A DNA stretch of 64,000 bases from an uncultured delta proteobacterium (GTDB taxonomy: Bacteria > Myxococcota > Myxococcia > Myxococcales > Anaeromyxobacteraceae): NCBI GenBank assembly GCA_963828255.1, contig CAWHDZ010000034.1:96001-160000 (forward strand), in the 5' to 3' direction. Positions 22,019 to 32,247 of the stretch are shown piece by piece. The notes below the pieces were generated by a model that was given only the letters and a program-made list of their open reading frames with translations, ran no database searches and was not told the origin of the DNA. Made by a program: the position numbers and the translations under genes. Position 1 is the first letter of the stretch. The number at the start of each line of letters is the position of its first letter.

Positions 22019-23440
22019 ATGCTCCACTATGACGTGGCCATCGTCGGCAGCGGGCCCGCCGGCGAGCGTGGCGCGACCAGAGCCGCCTACCTGGGCAAGA
22101 AGGTGGCCGTCATCGAGAAGGAGGCCGTGCCCGGCGGGGCGTGCGCCAACACCGGCACCATCCCCTCCAAGGCGCTCCGCGAGACGGCGCTGGCGCTGCT
22201 CCAGTCCAAGCGGCGCGACGTGCACGGCTTCATCCTCAAGGTGGCCGAGACCATGACGGTGGCCGCCCTGATGGGGCGCCGCGGCCTCGTGACCGCGCGT
22301 GAACACACCCGGATCCGAGGCCGGTTCTCCCAGTACGGGATCGAGACCTTCCGCGGCACGGCCGCCTTCGTGGATCCGCACACCCTGCGCGTCTCGGTCC
22401 CCGACGGCACCTCCCAGGAGATCCGGGCCGACATCATCCTCCTCGCCACCGGAACCCGCCCCTTCCACCCGCCCCACATCCCCATCGACCACAGCCGGGT
22501 CTACGACTCCGACTCGATCCTCATGCTCGACCGCATCCCCCGCTCGCTGGCCGTGCTGGGCGGCGGCGTGGCCGGCTCGGAGTACACCTCGGCCTTCGCG
22601 GCGCTGGGCGTGCACGTCACCATGGCCGACTCGCGCGACCGGGTCATGCCCTTCCTCGACGCCGAGCTCTCCCAGGAGCTGGAGCGGCTCTGGACCGAGT
22701 TCGGCGTGGAGATCAAGCACCGCACCCGCGTCACCAAGGTCGAGCCGGGCGAGCACGACGTGCTCGTCACCCTCTCCGACGGCTCGCGCCTCGTGGCCGA
22801 GAAGGTGCTGGTCGCCGCCGGCCGCATCGGCAACACCGAGTCGCTCGACCTCCCCAACGCCGGCATCCAGGCCGACGAGCGCGGTTATCTCAAGGTGAAC
22901 CAGCACTTCCAGACCTCGGTCCCGCACATCTACGCCGCCGGCGACATGGTCGGCTTCCCCGGCCTCGCCTCCACCTCCATGGAGCAGGGGCGCGTGGCCA
23001 TGACCTACGCCTGCGAGGGCACCGACTTCCGCACCCAGCTCTCCGGCGAGGTGCTGCCCACCGGCATCTACACCATCCCCGAGCTCTCCTCGGTGGGCGA
23101 GACCGAGGAGTCGCTCACGGCCAAGGGCATCCCCTACGTGGCCGGCAAGGGGACCTTCGTCGAGAACGCCCGCGCCAACCTCATCGGCGAGGCGGTGGGA
23201 TGGGTGAAGCTCCTGGTGTCGCCGGCGGACCTCAAGATCCTCGGCATCCACGTCATCGGCCCGAACGCCGCCGAGCTCGTGCACATGGGGGCGGCGGTGA
23301 TGGCGCTGGGCGGGACCTACCGCTACTTCATCGAGGCGGTCTTCAACTACCCGACCCTCGGCGACACCTTCAAGGTCGCCGCCTACGACGCGCGCAAGAA
23401 GCTGGGCGCGCTCACCGACGGTTCGAAGCCGCTCGACTGA
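22019..23440 (+). CDS. sthA: Soluble (Si-specific) pyridine nucleotide transhydrogenase
   Basis: GSGPAG, GGACANTGTIPSKALRE (single Cys), GFPGLASTSMEQGR, FNYPTL. Confidence 0.9.
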   Translation: MLHYDVAIVGSGPAGERGATRAAYLGKKVAVIEKEAVPGGACANTGTIPSKALRETALALLQSKRRDVHGFILKVAETMTVAALMGRRGLVTAREHTRIRGRFSQYGIETFRGTAAFVDPHTLRVSVPDGTSQEIRADIILLATGTRPFHPPHIPIDHSRVYDSDSILMLDRIPRSLAVLGGGVAGSEYTSAFAALGVHVTMADSRDRVMPFLDAELSQELERLWTEFGVEIKHRTRVTKVEPGEHDVLVTLSDGSRLVAEKVLVAAGRIGNTESLDLPNAGIQADERGYLKVNQHFQTSVPHIYAAGDMVGFPGLASTSMEQGRVAMTYACEGTDFRTQLSGEVLPTGIYTIPELSSVGETEESLTAKGIPYVAGKGTFVENARANLIGEAVGWVKLLVSPADLKILGIHVIGPNAAELVHMGAAVMALGGTYRYFIEAVFNYPTLGDTFKVAAYDARKKLGALTDGSKPLD

Positions 23441-23443
23441 GCC

Positions 23444-23644
23444 CTACTTCTCCGGGACCAGGCGCTTGGCCTGGGCGGCGCACATCCGCTGCACCTCGGG
23501 GAGCGCGGCGGTGTTGGTGTCGAGGCACTCGGCCTCGGCAGCCCAGCGCGCGTGGGTGCGCTCGTCGTTGGCCTGGCTGGCCGCGAAGTCTGCGATGGTC
23601 AGGAACCCCAGCACGATGCCCGTCGAGATCAGGAAGAGTCTCAT
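23444..23644 (-). CDS. Small exported hypothetical protein
   Basis: GGAGG Shine-Dalgarno, hydrophobic N-terminus, two Cys. Confidence 0.55.
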   Translation of the reverse strand: MRLFLISTGIVLGFLTIADFAASQANDERTHARWAAEAECLDTNTAALPEVQRMCAAQAKRLVPEK

Positions 23645-23716
23645 GTTCGCCTCCGTGGAGATCGAGACCCCGTCCCCGGCGATGTGACAGGGCGGGGGAC
23701 TCCCCGGATGGGTCGC

Positions 23717-24667
23717 CTACCCGAACCGCGAGCTGGCCTGCGACAACGCCTCGTGGATCTTCTCGAGCGCCCGGCGGGCCTCGAGAAGCTCGTCGCGCTC
23801 GCCGCGGACCGCTGCCAGCTCCCTGGCCAGCGCGTCCCGCTCCCGGACCGTCTCGGAGAGACCGGCCCGCAGCCGGGCGCCGTCGGCGGTGCGCTCGTCC
23901 AGCTCGGCGGTGAGCCGCCCGGACTCGGCGCGGGCGCTGGCCAGCGCAGCCTCCAGCTCCTCGCCGCGGCGGGAGAGTTCGTCGGCCAGCTTCTGCCGCT
24001 CCTCGTCGAGCGCGGCCAGTGCCTGGGCGCGGCGCACCGACTGATCGCGCTCCTCCTCCAGGCCCGACATCTCGGCGAGCATCTCGCCCATCATGCCGCG
24101 CCGCTCCTCCAGCTCCTTCTCCAGCGCTCCCAGCCGGGAGCGCGTGGACTCGGCGTCGCCGGCGGCGCGGGCCAGCTCGGTGCGGGCCTGGTGCAGGTCG
24201 GCGCGCAGCGCCCCCTCCAGCTCGCGGGAGCGGGCCAGCTGCCGGTCGAGATCGCCCACCAGCGAGAGGGCGCTCTCGGCGGCGCGGGCCGGCTCGCGCG
24301 GCGCCACCGCCGGCGCACCACGCCGGGCCGCCTCGGCCACCTTGCGCTTGATCTTCTCGAGCCGCTCCTTGCGCTCGGCGAGATCGCCCTGCGGTGCGGC
24401 GACCGGCGCCGCGACCGGCGCCCCGACCGGGGCCGTCACCGCGGCGGCGCGGGCCGCTGCCTTCGCCGACCGTGAAACCGGCTCGGGAAGGGGCGTGACC
24501 ACGGCTGCGGCCACCTCCTCGGCGACCGGCTCCGCCCAGGCCTGGGCCACCGGCTCCGGCGCCGCCACCTCCGCCTCGACGGGCTGCTCGGGCTCCAGGG
24601 TGGCCACGCCGGCGGGGCGCAGCCGGGGCTTCAGCTTCGGGACGTTGGCGTCGAAGGCCTTCCTCAT
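23717..24667 (-). CDS. pomX: PomX coiled-coil cell-division positioning protein
   Basis: N-terminal MRKAFDANVPKLKPRLR resembles the M. xanthus PomX activating peptide (from recall); Pro/Ala-rich linker; long coiled coil; overlaps pomZ. Confidence 0.8.
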   Translation of the reverse strand: MRKAFDANVPKLKPRLRPAGVATLEPEQPVEAEVAAPEPVAQAWAEPVAEEVAAAVVTPLPEPVSRSAKAAARAAAVTAPVGAPVAAPVAAPQGDLAERKERLEKIKRKVAEAARRGAPAVAPREPARAAESALSLVGDLDRQLARSRELEGALRADLHQARTELARAAGDAESTRSRLGALEKELEERRGMMGEMLAEMSGLEEERDQSVRRAQALAALDEERQKLADELSRRGEELEAALASARAESGRLTAELDERTADGARLRAGLSETVRERDALARELAAVRGERDELLEARRALEKIHEALSQASSRFG

Positions 24668-25623
24668 CTCACGCTCCTCGCGGCGTCGGGGCGGGCGGCG
24701 AGCCCGTCCTTGATCCGCCCCAGCACCTCGAGCTGCATGGCCTCGATGTCCATGGCCCCCTTGGAGTCGGGGTCGTAGCCGAACACCGGGCATCCCTCGC
24801 TGGAAGCCTGGGCGAACTTGGTGCACTGACGCACCACGCTGTGCAGCAGGTAATCGGAGTAGTGCTCGCGCAGCGCGTCCACGGCCTCCCGGGCGATGCG
24901 GAAGGTCTGGTTGAAGGCGTTCACGCAGATGAAGATGTTCTCGAGCTGGTGGGAGAGATCCTCCTCGAGCCCCTGGATGGTCTCGAAGAGCAGCCGCAGC
25001 CCGTCGTAGGAGAGGAAGTCGGCCAGCACCGGGGTGATGAGGTCGCTCGCCGCCATGAGGGCGTTCAGGTTGAGGAGCCCGAACGAGGGCGGCGCGTCCA
25101 TGACCACGAAGTCGAAGTGCTTCTCGGCGTCGCGCAGCGCGTTCTTGAGCTTGAACTCGCGGCCGGCCATGGGCATGAGCGCCAGGTCCACCGTGCTCAT
25201 GGCCAGGTTGGACGGCACCAGCCAGAGCCCGGGCATCTTGGTCTCGATGGTGACCTCGGCGAGCGGGGTCTTGCGCACCAGCACGTCGTAGAGGGTCTTG
25301 GTGAAGCTCGAGCCCTCCTCGCCCAGGCAGCGGGTGGCGTGCCCCTGGCTGTCGAGGTCGAGGACCAGGACCTTGTAGCCCTTCTCGGCCAGCCGGTAGG
25401 CGTACGAGGTGGAGAGGGAGGTCTTGCCCGTGCCCCCCTTGAAGTTGAGGAAGAGCTGCTTGCGGTGCGGGTAGGGCTCGGGCGGCCTGCGCACCGCCTT
25501 GCGCAGGACGGCCAGGTCGCGCGGGCCGAAGCCGTCGCGGTGCCCCACGATCTCCACCACCTGCTTGGGCGTGAGCCCGAACAGCTCGGCGAGGCGCCTC
25601 GACGTGTATTTCACGTTGTCCAT
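24664..25623 (-). CDS. pomZ: ParA/MinD-family ATPase PomZ (AgmE)
   Basis: NFKGGTGKT deviant Walker A, DLDSQG, DAPPS; short N-terminal HTH-like extension; lies between coiled-coil and HEAT-repeat genes. Confidence 0.85.
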   Translation of the reverse strand: MDNVKYTSRRLAELFGLTPKQVVEIVGHRDGFGPRDLAVLRKAVRRPPEPYPHRKQLFLNFKGGTGKTSLSTSYAYRLAEKGYKVLVLDLDSQGHATRCLGEEGSSFTKTLYDVLVRKTPLAEVTIETKMPGLWLVPSNLAMSTVDLALMPMAGREFKLKNALRDAEKHFDFVVMDAPPSFGLLNLNALMAASDLITPVLADFLSYDGLRLLFETIQGLEEDLSHQLENIFICVNAFNQTFRIAREAVDALREHYSDYLLHSVVRQCTKFAQASSEGCPVFGYDPDSKGAMDIEAMQLEVLGRIKDGLAARPDAARSVR

Positions 25624-25635
25624 GCGTCGTGGCTC

Positions 25636-27210
25636 CTAGGCCGGGAAGTACCGCACGCCGCGCTTCACGGCCGCGCCGCGGGCGACGAGCGCGGCGAGCA
25701 CCCGGTCACCGCCGTCCGGGACGATCCGGGCGATCTCGTCGGGCGTGCGCCCGCGCAGCGCCGAGCGGATCTCGAGGAGGACGGCCGCCTCGGCCGGGGA
25801 GAGATCGCCCGAGGGGAGCTCGACGACCGCGACCGCGGTGCGCGCCAGCCGGGCGGTCGCGGAGGGGGGAGCGGCCAGCGGCGCCGCCGGGCGCGGGACC
25901 GCGGCGCGGGCTGCGAGGGGGCGCGGTGCGGCAGCCGGGTCGGCCACCACCGCGTCGTGCAGCGCGGTGGCGCCCACGGCGGAGAGCTTCTCGGCGATGC
26001 GGCGCGCGGCGCGCCTGCGGTCCTCGGCAGGGGCGGCGGCCGCCACCGTCTCGCCGCACCAGCGGGCCACCGCCGTGGAGGCGACGCGGCGCACCGACTC
26101 CTCGCCGTGGTCGAGCGCCCGGGCCAGCGCGCCCTGCGCGGTGGCGGTGGGACGGCCGGAGAGGGCCAGCGCCGCGGTCCGCGCCACGCCGGCGTCCCGG
26201 TCGGCCAGCGTGGCCCGGAGCGCCTCCTCGACGCCCGGTCCGCGGGCGAACCCCAGGAGCAGGACGGCGCGGCGGCGCACCAGCGGGCTGGGATCGCCCA
26301 GGGCCGCGAGCAGGCGCGGCTCGGCGGCATCGCCGGAGAGTGCGGCCACCGCGTCGAGCGCCGCGCCCCGCACGGAGGGGCGCGCGTCGGAGAGCTCGCG
26401 CGCGGCAACCTCGGCCACGGCTGGCTCGCCGAGGGACGCCAGCGCCGACAGCAGCGCGACCTTGACCTCCTCGTCCCGCTCGCGCCCCACCGCGGCGGCG
26501 ACGAGCGGCGCGGCGGCCCGGGAGCCCATGGCCCGCAGGGCGTCGGCGGCCCTTCGCCGGGAGTGACGGTCGGAGGAGGCCAGGTCCTCCATGGAGGACT
26601 CGTAGAGCGAGCGCTCGGCCCGGCTCTCCATGCCCTGCTCCATGCGGACGGCCTCGGCCCGGGTCATGCCGAGCCGGCCGGCGGCCTCGAAGCCGCGGGC
26701 GATCTCGCCGACCGCGGCGTGGGGAGGGATGGTGGGGAGCGCGCCCTCGTCGAGGCGCATGCCGGCCGCCTCGGCGGCGAGCTTCCAGGGGCGCAGCCGG
26801 TCGATCTCGGCGCGCAGCTCGGCGATGAAGCCGGCCAGGTCGGCCTCCTCGCCGGCGGGCAATCCCTCGCCGGGGGCGCCGGCGATGCGGGCCTGGTCGA
26901 TGAGGCCGGTGAGGAAGCGCTCGCGTTCGCCCTCGAGCAGCCGGACGCGCTCGGAGAGCTCGGACTCGCGGTGACGGGCGCCGTCGAGCTCGCTGCGGGT
27001 GCGCGCCAGCTCGGCGGCGGCGGCGGTCTCGCGGGCCCGTGCGTTGGCGGCGGATTCCTTCTCGCGCGACGCCACGTCGCGCGCCGCCGACAGCTCGCTC
27101 TCCAGCTGCGAGAGCCGGCACTCGAAGTAGACGATCTTCTCGAGCGCTCCTCGGAGCAGCCCTTCCGGATTTCCGCTCAACCCCGCCTCCACCAACCCAT
27201 CGGAACCCAT
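25636..27210 (-). CDS. pomY: PomY (coiled coil + HEAT repeats + Pro-rich region); start uncertain
   Basis: ALEKIVYFE, coiled coil, repeated L.D....VR..A HEAT units. Confidence 0.78.
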   Translation of the reverse strand: MGSDGLVEAGLSGNPEGLLRGALEKIVYFECRLSQLESELSAARDVASREKESAANARARETAAAAELARTRSELDGARHRESELSERVRLLEGERERFLTGLIDQARIAGAPGEGLPAGEEADLAGFIAELRAEIDRLRPWKLAAEAAGMRLDEGALPTIPPHAAVGEIARGFEAAGRLGMTRAEAVRMEQGMESRAERSLYESSMEDLASSDRHSRRRAADALRAMGSRAAAPLVAAAVGRERDEEVKVALLSALASLGEPAVAEVAARELSDARPSVRGAALDAVAALSGDAAEPRLLAALGDPSPLVRRRAVLLLGFARGPGVEEALRATLADRDAGVARTAALALSGRPTATAQGALARALDHGEESVRRVASTAVARWCGETVAAAAPAEDRRRAARRIAEKLSAVGATALHDAVVADPAAAPRPLAARAAVPRPAAPLAAPPSATARLARTAVAVVELPSGDLSPAEAAVLLEIRSALRGRTPDEIARIVPDGGDRVLAALVARGAAVKRGVRYFPA

Positions 27211-27319
27211 AGGGATCCCGAGACCTTGCACGGGGTGAGTGTAGGGAAGCGATATCGAAAAGGCAAACCCCAACGGCGGGGGGGATCCAGACGGGTACGG
27301 TCGGCTCCGGCCCGCGGCG

Positions 27320-28606
27320 CTACTTCACCATCTCGAGCCCGTGCCCCGAGGGTCCGCGCTCGGTGCGGTAGAGGAGCCAGGAGAAGCCCAGCCCGACGAA
27401 GCCCAGCGTGGTGAAGATCCACATCCCGGGGCGGTAGCCAGCCGGGTTCGCGGCGCTGGCCTGGGCGGCGTCGTTGGTGAAGCCCACCAGCCAGTTCATG
27501 CCGGCCAGCCCCACCTGCTGGACCAGCGTCATGAGGGCATAGGCCGTGCCCAGCCGCTTCTCCGGGACCAGGTAGGCCACCGACGGCCACATCACCGCCG
27601 GGATGAGCGAGAAGGCCACGCCCATGAAGGCGATGATCACCCAGAGTGGAATCTGGCTGTAGACCATCAGGAGGTAGACCGGGATGAGGGTGGCCGATCC
27701 GATGGCCATGAGCAGCGCCCGGTGGCCGATGCGGTCGGCCAGCAGCCCGAAGAGCGGGGTGGCGAACATGGCCGCCAGGGGGAGCACGCTGTTGAGCGCC
27801 CCGGCCGCCTCCCGGCTCACCCCGCGCGCGTCCATGAAGAACTTGATGGCGAAGGAGCGGAACGGGAAGATCGCCGAGTAGAAGGCCAGGCAGAGCCCCA
27901 CCACGTACCAGTAGGACTTCCCGAAGTCGAAGAGGTCGCGGAAGACCAGCTTGTCGGTGCCGCCGGCCGCGCCCAGCTGGTAACTGCGGGCCACGCGACG
28001 CTCCAGCATCCAGTAGAGGACCCCGGCCACGAGGCAGGTCGCGCCCAGCACGGCGCCCACCTGGAGCGGCGGCTGCCAGCCGGTGTAGAAGCGCTGCGCC
28101 CAGGTGGGGGAGTTGTCGGCCGCCACCGAGCCCAGCCGGGCGATGGTGAGGTTGAGCCCGAAGGCGAAGCTGAGCTCCTTGCCCTTGAACCACTTGGCGA
28201 TGGCGGTGGTGACCGCCACGATGAGCGGCTCGGCGCCGACGCCGAGGAGGAAGCGCCCGGCCGCCATGACGCGGAAGTCGGAGGAGACCGCGGTGAGGAC
28301 GCCGGCCACCGTGCACACCGCGCCGAAGACCAGGATCGAGCGGGCCGTGCCGAAGCGGTCGATGACCACCCCGCCGCCGAGCAGCACCAGCACGGCGGCC
28401 CAGCTGTAGGTGGAGTAGAGGAGCCCGATCTTCTCGTCGTCGAAGCCGAGCTGGCTCGTGAGCAGATCCGCGACCGGGGCGATGGTGTCGTAGACGTAGT
28501 AGTTGCCGAACATCGCCACGCTGAGCAGCACCAGCGCCGCCCACCGGTCGAACGGGGGCGGACGCGGGCGCTCCGCGGCGGGCGCGGCGACGGCGGCGTC
28601 GGACAC
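27320..28606 (-). CDS. MFS transporter
   Basis: About 12 hydrophobic segments; GGVVIDRFG and GLLADRIG motif A. Confidence 0.92.
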   Translation of the reverse strand: MSDAAVAAPAAERPRPPPFDRWAALVLLSVAMFGNYYVYDTIAPVADLLTSQLGFDDEKIGLLYSTYSWAAVLVLLGGGVVIDRFGTARSILVFGAVCTVAGVLTAVSSDFRVMAAGRFLLGVGAEPLIVAVTTAIAKWFKGKELSFAFGLNLTIARLGSVAADNSPTWAQRFYTGWQPPLQVGAVLGATCLVAGVLYWMLERRVARSYQLGAAGGTDKLVFRDLFDFGKSYWYVVGLCLAFYSAIFPFRSFAIKFFMDARGVSREAAGALNSVLPLAAMFATPLFGLLADRIGHRALLMAIGSATLIPVYLLMVYSQIPLWVIIAFMGVAFSLIPAVMWPSVAYLVPEKRLGTAYALMTLVQQVGLAGMNWLVGFTNDAAQASAANPAGYRPGMWIFTTLGFVGLGFSWLLYRTERGPSGHGLEMVK

Positions 28607-28627
28607 TCGGCTCCCTCGCGCCGGCCC

Positions 28628-28921
28628 TCAGGCCCGGTCGAGGTTCTCCTTGCCGTTGACCGGGTTCCAGGGGAGCAGCTCCCACTGGGCCACCCCGCCC
28701 TTCACGTACGGGTCGCCGTCGCGCAGCGCGAAGAGGTCGGCGGCCGGGGTGCCGTCGGGGAGGCGCAGCAGCACGGCCCCGCCGAAGCGCGGCTCGAGCG
28801 GCCCGGAGGCCACGATGACCCCCTTCGCCAGGAGGCCCGCGGCGTAGGCGCGGTGGGCGTCCTGGTGCCTGGCGATCTCCTCGATGGGCTTCAGGTAGCG
28901 GATGATGGCGAGGACGTACAC
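28628..28921 (-). CDS. YciI-family protein
   Basis: HRAY, SGP, DPYVKGG; GGAGG Shine-Dalgarno before GTG. Confidence 0.85.
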   Translation of the reverse strand: MYVLAIIRYLKPIEEIARHQDAHRAYAAGLLAKGVIVASGPLEPRFGGAVLLRLPDGTPAADLFALRDGDPYVKGGVAQWELLPWNPVNGKENLDRA

Positions 28922-28967
28922 GGCGGACCTCCGGGGTGGCACTCCTACCACGGCGCCCGGGGGCCCG

Positions 28968-30248
28968 TCACGCCGGGGGGCGCCGCTCGCGCAGGACGCG
29001 CACCCGGTCGATGCGGCGCCCGTCTGTGTCACTGATGGTGAATCCCCAGCCGTGCCAGTGCAGCCGGTCGCCGCGGGCCGGGATGGCGCCGGCCAGGGCC
29101 ACCAGGAAGCCGGCCACGGTCTCGTAGGGCCCCTGGGCCGGGATGCCGGCCCCGGTGGCCTCGTTGAACTCGGAGACCGGGGCATCGCCGCGGACCAGGA
29201 AGCTCCCGTCGGGCATGGCCTCGACCGCCCCCCCCTCCTCGGCGTCCCACTCGTCCCGGATCTCGCCGACGATCTCCTCGAGCACGTCCTCCAGCGTCAC
29301 CGCGCCCATCACCCCTCCGTACTCGTCCACCACCACCATCATGTGCTGGTGCTTGCGCTGCATGGAGCGCAGCAGCACCTGCACCGGGGTGGACCAGGGC
29401 ACGAAGGTGGGGGGGCGCAGGAGGTCGCGGAGCACGATCAGCTCCGGGTGGGCGAGGAGCGGGACCAGGTCGCGGGCGTGGAGGATGCCCACCACCTTGT
29501 CGAGGCTCCCCGCGAAGATGGGGACCCGGGAGTGCCCCTCCTCGGCGAGCCGCACGATGATCTCGGGCACCGGCGTGTCCACGTCGAGGGCCATGACCTT
29601 GTTGCGCGGGACCATGATGTCCCGGGCCACCTTCTCGCGGAACTCCAGCACCCGGTGGATGAGCTCGCTGGTGTGATCGGCCGGATCGGTCGAGCGGGCG
29701 TGGGCCGCGAGCGCCCGCTCCACCTCCTCGATGGGGGGCAGCGGAAGGGTGAACCGCCCCGGACCACCCGCCAGCGGCGTCACCGCCAGTCCCACCAGGC
29801 GCGCCACCGGCGCGAGCACCAGGGTGAGGGCGCGGACCGGCGGCGCCAGGACGAGCGCCACCCGCTCCGGGCGCGTCGCCCCCGCGCGGCGCCCCGCCGA
29901 GGCCAGACCCACGGTGAGAACGGCCCCCAGGAGCACCGCTCCGCCCATGGAGAGGGCGTTCGCGCCGGCCGGGAGCTGCGCCGCGGCCGCCGCGAACAGG
30001 GCGCCGGCCGAGAGGGAGGCGACCGCCACGAACAGGCGCATCCCGGCGGCTGCGCTCTCCGGCCGGGCGACGAGCTGCCCCAGGGAGCGGGCCCGCAACC
30101 CGGCGTCCGGCGCGGCGGCGAGCGCCTGGGCCCGGGGCACCCCCAGCGCGGTGAGCGCCGCCTCGAAGGCCGCGCCGAGGGCCCGCAGCGTCACGAGCAG
30201 GACGGCGGCGGCCGCGAGCTCCAGGGCCAGGCCGAGGGGGTCCTCCAT
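28968..30248 (-). CDS. Hemolysin-like CNNM/CBS/CorC domain protein
   Basis: TM region, IMVPR, HSRVPI, VVDEYGG, TLEDVLEEIVGEIRDE. Confidence 0.92.
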   Translation of the reverse strand: MEDPLGLALELAAAAVLLVTLRALGAAFEAALTALGVPRAQALAAAPDAGLRARSLGQLVARPESAAAGMRLFVAVASLSAGALFAAAAAQLPAGANALSMGGAVLLGAVLTVGLASAGRRAGATRPERVALVLAPPVRALTLVLAPVARLVGLAVTPLAGGPGRFTLPLPPIEEVERALAAHARSTDPADHTSELIHRVLEFREKVARDIMVPRNKVMALDVDTPVPEIIVRLAEEGHSRVPIFAGSLDKVVGILHARDLVPLLAHPELIVLRDLLRPPTFVPWSTPVQVLLRSMQRKHQHMMVVVDEYGGVMGAVTLEDVLEEIVGEIRDEWDAEEGGAVEAMPDGSFLVRGDAPVSEFNEATGAGIPAQGPYETVAGFLVALAGAIPARGDRLHWHGWGFTISDTDGRRIDRVRVLRERRPPA

Positions 30249-30276
30249 CCCGGATGGCATAACATGGGTGGCCTCC

Positions 30277-30894
30277 ATGCACGTCGACCTGCTCGGACCG
30301 GCTGGGCGCATCGAGGGGCTCCTCGAATCCCCGGATTCGCCCCGCTTCGCGGCGCTGGTGCTCCACCCGCACCCCCTCTTCGGCGGAACCATGCACAACC
30401 ACGCCACCTACCAGATCGCGAAGGGCGCCCGGCTGGCCGGCGGCGCCTCGCTGCGCATCCAGTTCCGCGGGGTCGGGCTCTCCGAGGGAATTCACGGCGG
30501 GGGCCCCGGCGAGCTGGCCGACGCGCGGGCCGCGCTGCTCTGGCTCTCCGGCCGCCACCCCGGCCTGCCGCTCCTGGTGGGCGGGATGTCGTTCGGGTCC
30601 TGGATCGCGCTGGAGCTCTCCTGCGAAGAGCCGGAGGTGGAGGGGGTGCTGGCCGCCGGGCTGGCCTCGCGGATCCTCACCCTCGGATCCCTGCCCGATT
30701 GCCCGAAGCGGGTCGCCGCGATCCAGGCCACCTCCGACGAGTTCGGACCGGTGGAGGAGGTGGAGCGGCTCATGGCCGGCCCCCCCGATCGCCGGCGGCT
30801 CGTGCTGCTGGGCGGCGCCACCCACCTCTTCCTCGAGGACCTGGCCGGGCTGCAGCGCGAGGCCCGGGCTGCATGGGAGTGGCTGGCGGCGTGA
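30277..30894 (+). CDS. Alpha/beta hydrolase
   Basis: HPHPLFGGTMHN, FRGVG.SEG, GMSFG nucleophile elbow, HLF. Confidence 0.9.
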   Translation: MHVDLLGPAGRIEGLLESPDSPRFAALVLHPHPLFGGTMHNHATYQIAKGARLAGGASLRIQFRGVGLSEGIHGGGPGELADARAALLWLSGRHPGLPLLVGGMSFGSWIALELSCEEPEVEGVLAAGLASRILTLGSLPDCPKRVAAIQATSDEFGPVEEVERLMAGPPDRRRLVLLGGATHLFLEDLAGLQREARAAWEWLAA

Positions 30895-30921
30895 GCCCGG
30901 GTCCCGGCCCCCGGCTCCTCG

Positions 30922-32247
30922 TCACCTGCCGGCGATCTGGATCCCCGAGAAGAGCAGCGACGGGGTGCGCATCGCCGAGTAGCGGTACGGATCGTTCCCG
31001 ACGCCCGCCAGCCGGGTCCACAGGTCGCGGTGGTTCCCAGAGGCGTTCATCTCCCCCACCGGCCCGGCCAGCCGGCCGGCGCGCACCCGGAAGCCCTGCA
31101 CGCCCAGCGAGAAGTCACCCGTGGTGGAATTGGAGTTGCCCCCCAGGAAGCCGGTGACGAGCAGGCCGTCGCCCATCCGGGAGAGCAGCGCGTCGCGGCC
31201 GTCCGGCCCGAGCCGCCAGGCCAGGTTGGAGACCCGCGAGGTGGTGGGGGGCATGCCGAGCTTCCGGCCGTAGTAGGTGTCCACGTAGTAGGCCCGCAGC
31301 ACGCCCTTCTCGACCACCGGGAACTTCCGGGCGGCGATGCCCTCCCCGTCCCAGAGGCGCGACCCCAGGCCGCGCACCACGAAGGGGTCGTCCCCGACGT
31401 CGAGCCACTCGCTGCCGATGGCGTGGCCGAGCTTGCCCTCCAGGAAGGAGCGCTTCTGCTGGAGCGACGACCCGGAGAGGGGTCCGAAGAGCGCGCCCAC
31501 AAGCCTTCCGGCGGCCCGGGCGTCCACCAGAACCGGCGTCACCGCCGACTCGCCCTTCTCCGAGCCGACGCGGGAGAGGGCGCGTTCCGCCGCGCCGCGG
31601 CCGATGTCGGCGGGGTCGGGCAGGTCCGAGAGGAAGCGGGCGGTGGCGGCGTCCCAGTCCTCCGGGCGGCGGCCGTCGGGGTCGGCCACGCTCACCTGCG
31701 CGGACATCCCGTGGTCGGTGCCGCGCCGCGCACCCTCGAAGCCGTTGGAGGTGACGAAGACCCGCTCGGCGAAGGTGTCGCCCACGCCGGCCGTGACCGA
31801 GAGGATGCGCCCTGCCCCCGGAACCGAGCGGGCCGCCTCCTCCATGGCCTCCGCCGCCCTGCGCCGGGCCTGGGGGTCGAGCCGGTCGTAGGCCGGGTCG
31901 GCGAGCTCCAGGTCCACGTCTGCCCGCCCGGCGTAGAGAGCCGGGTCGGGGAGCAGCCGGAACGGGTCGGGGGCCAGCGTCCGGGTGAGCGCCACGCCGT
32001 CCACCACCAGCCGCTCGATGGCCTCCGGGCGCAGGTCGCTCGTGGAGACCGAGGCGTAGCGCCCGTCCACGTAGAGGTCGATGCCCAGTCCGCGGGTGGT
32101 GGCCTCGCTGGCCGTCTCCACCCGGCCGTCGCGCCAGGAGAGCTCCACCTGCCGGGCCCGGCTGGCCGAGGCGGCGGCGTCCCGGGCCCCGTGGCGGAGC
32201 GCCAGCATCACCGCGGCCCGGGCGGCCTCCTTCAGCTCTTCACTCAC
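30922..32247 (-). CDS. tldE: TldE/PmbA protein
   Basis: DGEG and NSTTGDFSLG motifs, no HExxxH; coupled to tldD. Confidence 0.88.
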   Translation of the reverse strand: MSEELKEAARAAVMLALRHGARDAAASASRARQVELSWRDGRVETASEATTRGLGIDLYVDGRYASVSTSDLRPEAIERLVVDGVALTRTLAPDPFRLLPDPALYAGRADVDLELADPAYDRLDPQARRRAAEAMEEAARSVPGAGRILSVTAGVGDTFAERVFVTSNGFEGARRGTDHGMSAQVSVADPDGRRPEDWDAATARFLSDLPDPADIGRGAAERALSRVGSEKGESAVTPVLVDARAAGRLVGALFGPLSGSSLQQKRSFLEGKLGHAIGSEWLDVGDDPFVVRGLGSRLWDGEGIAARKFPVVEKGVLRAYYVDTYYGRKLGMPPTTSRVSNLAWRLGPDGRDALLSRMGDGLLVTGFLGGNSNSTTGDFSLGVQGFRVRAGRLAGPVGEMNASGNHRDLWTRLAGVGNDPYRYSAMRTPSLLFSGIQIAGR

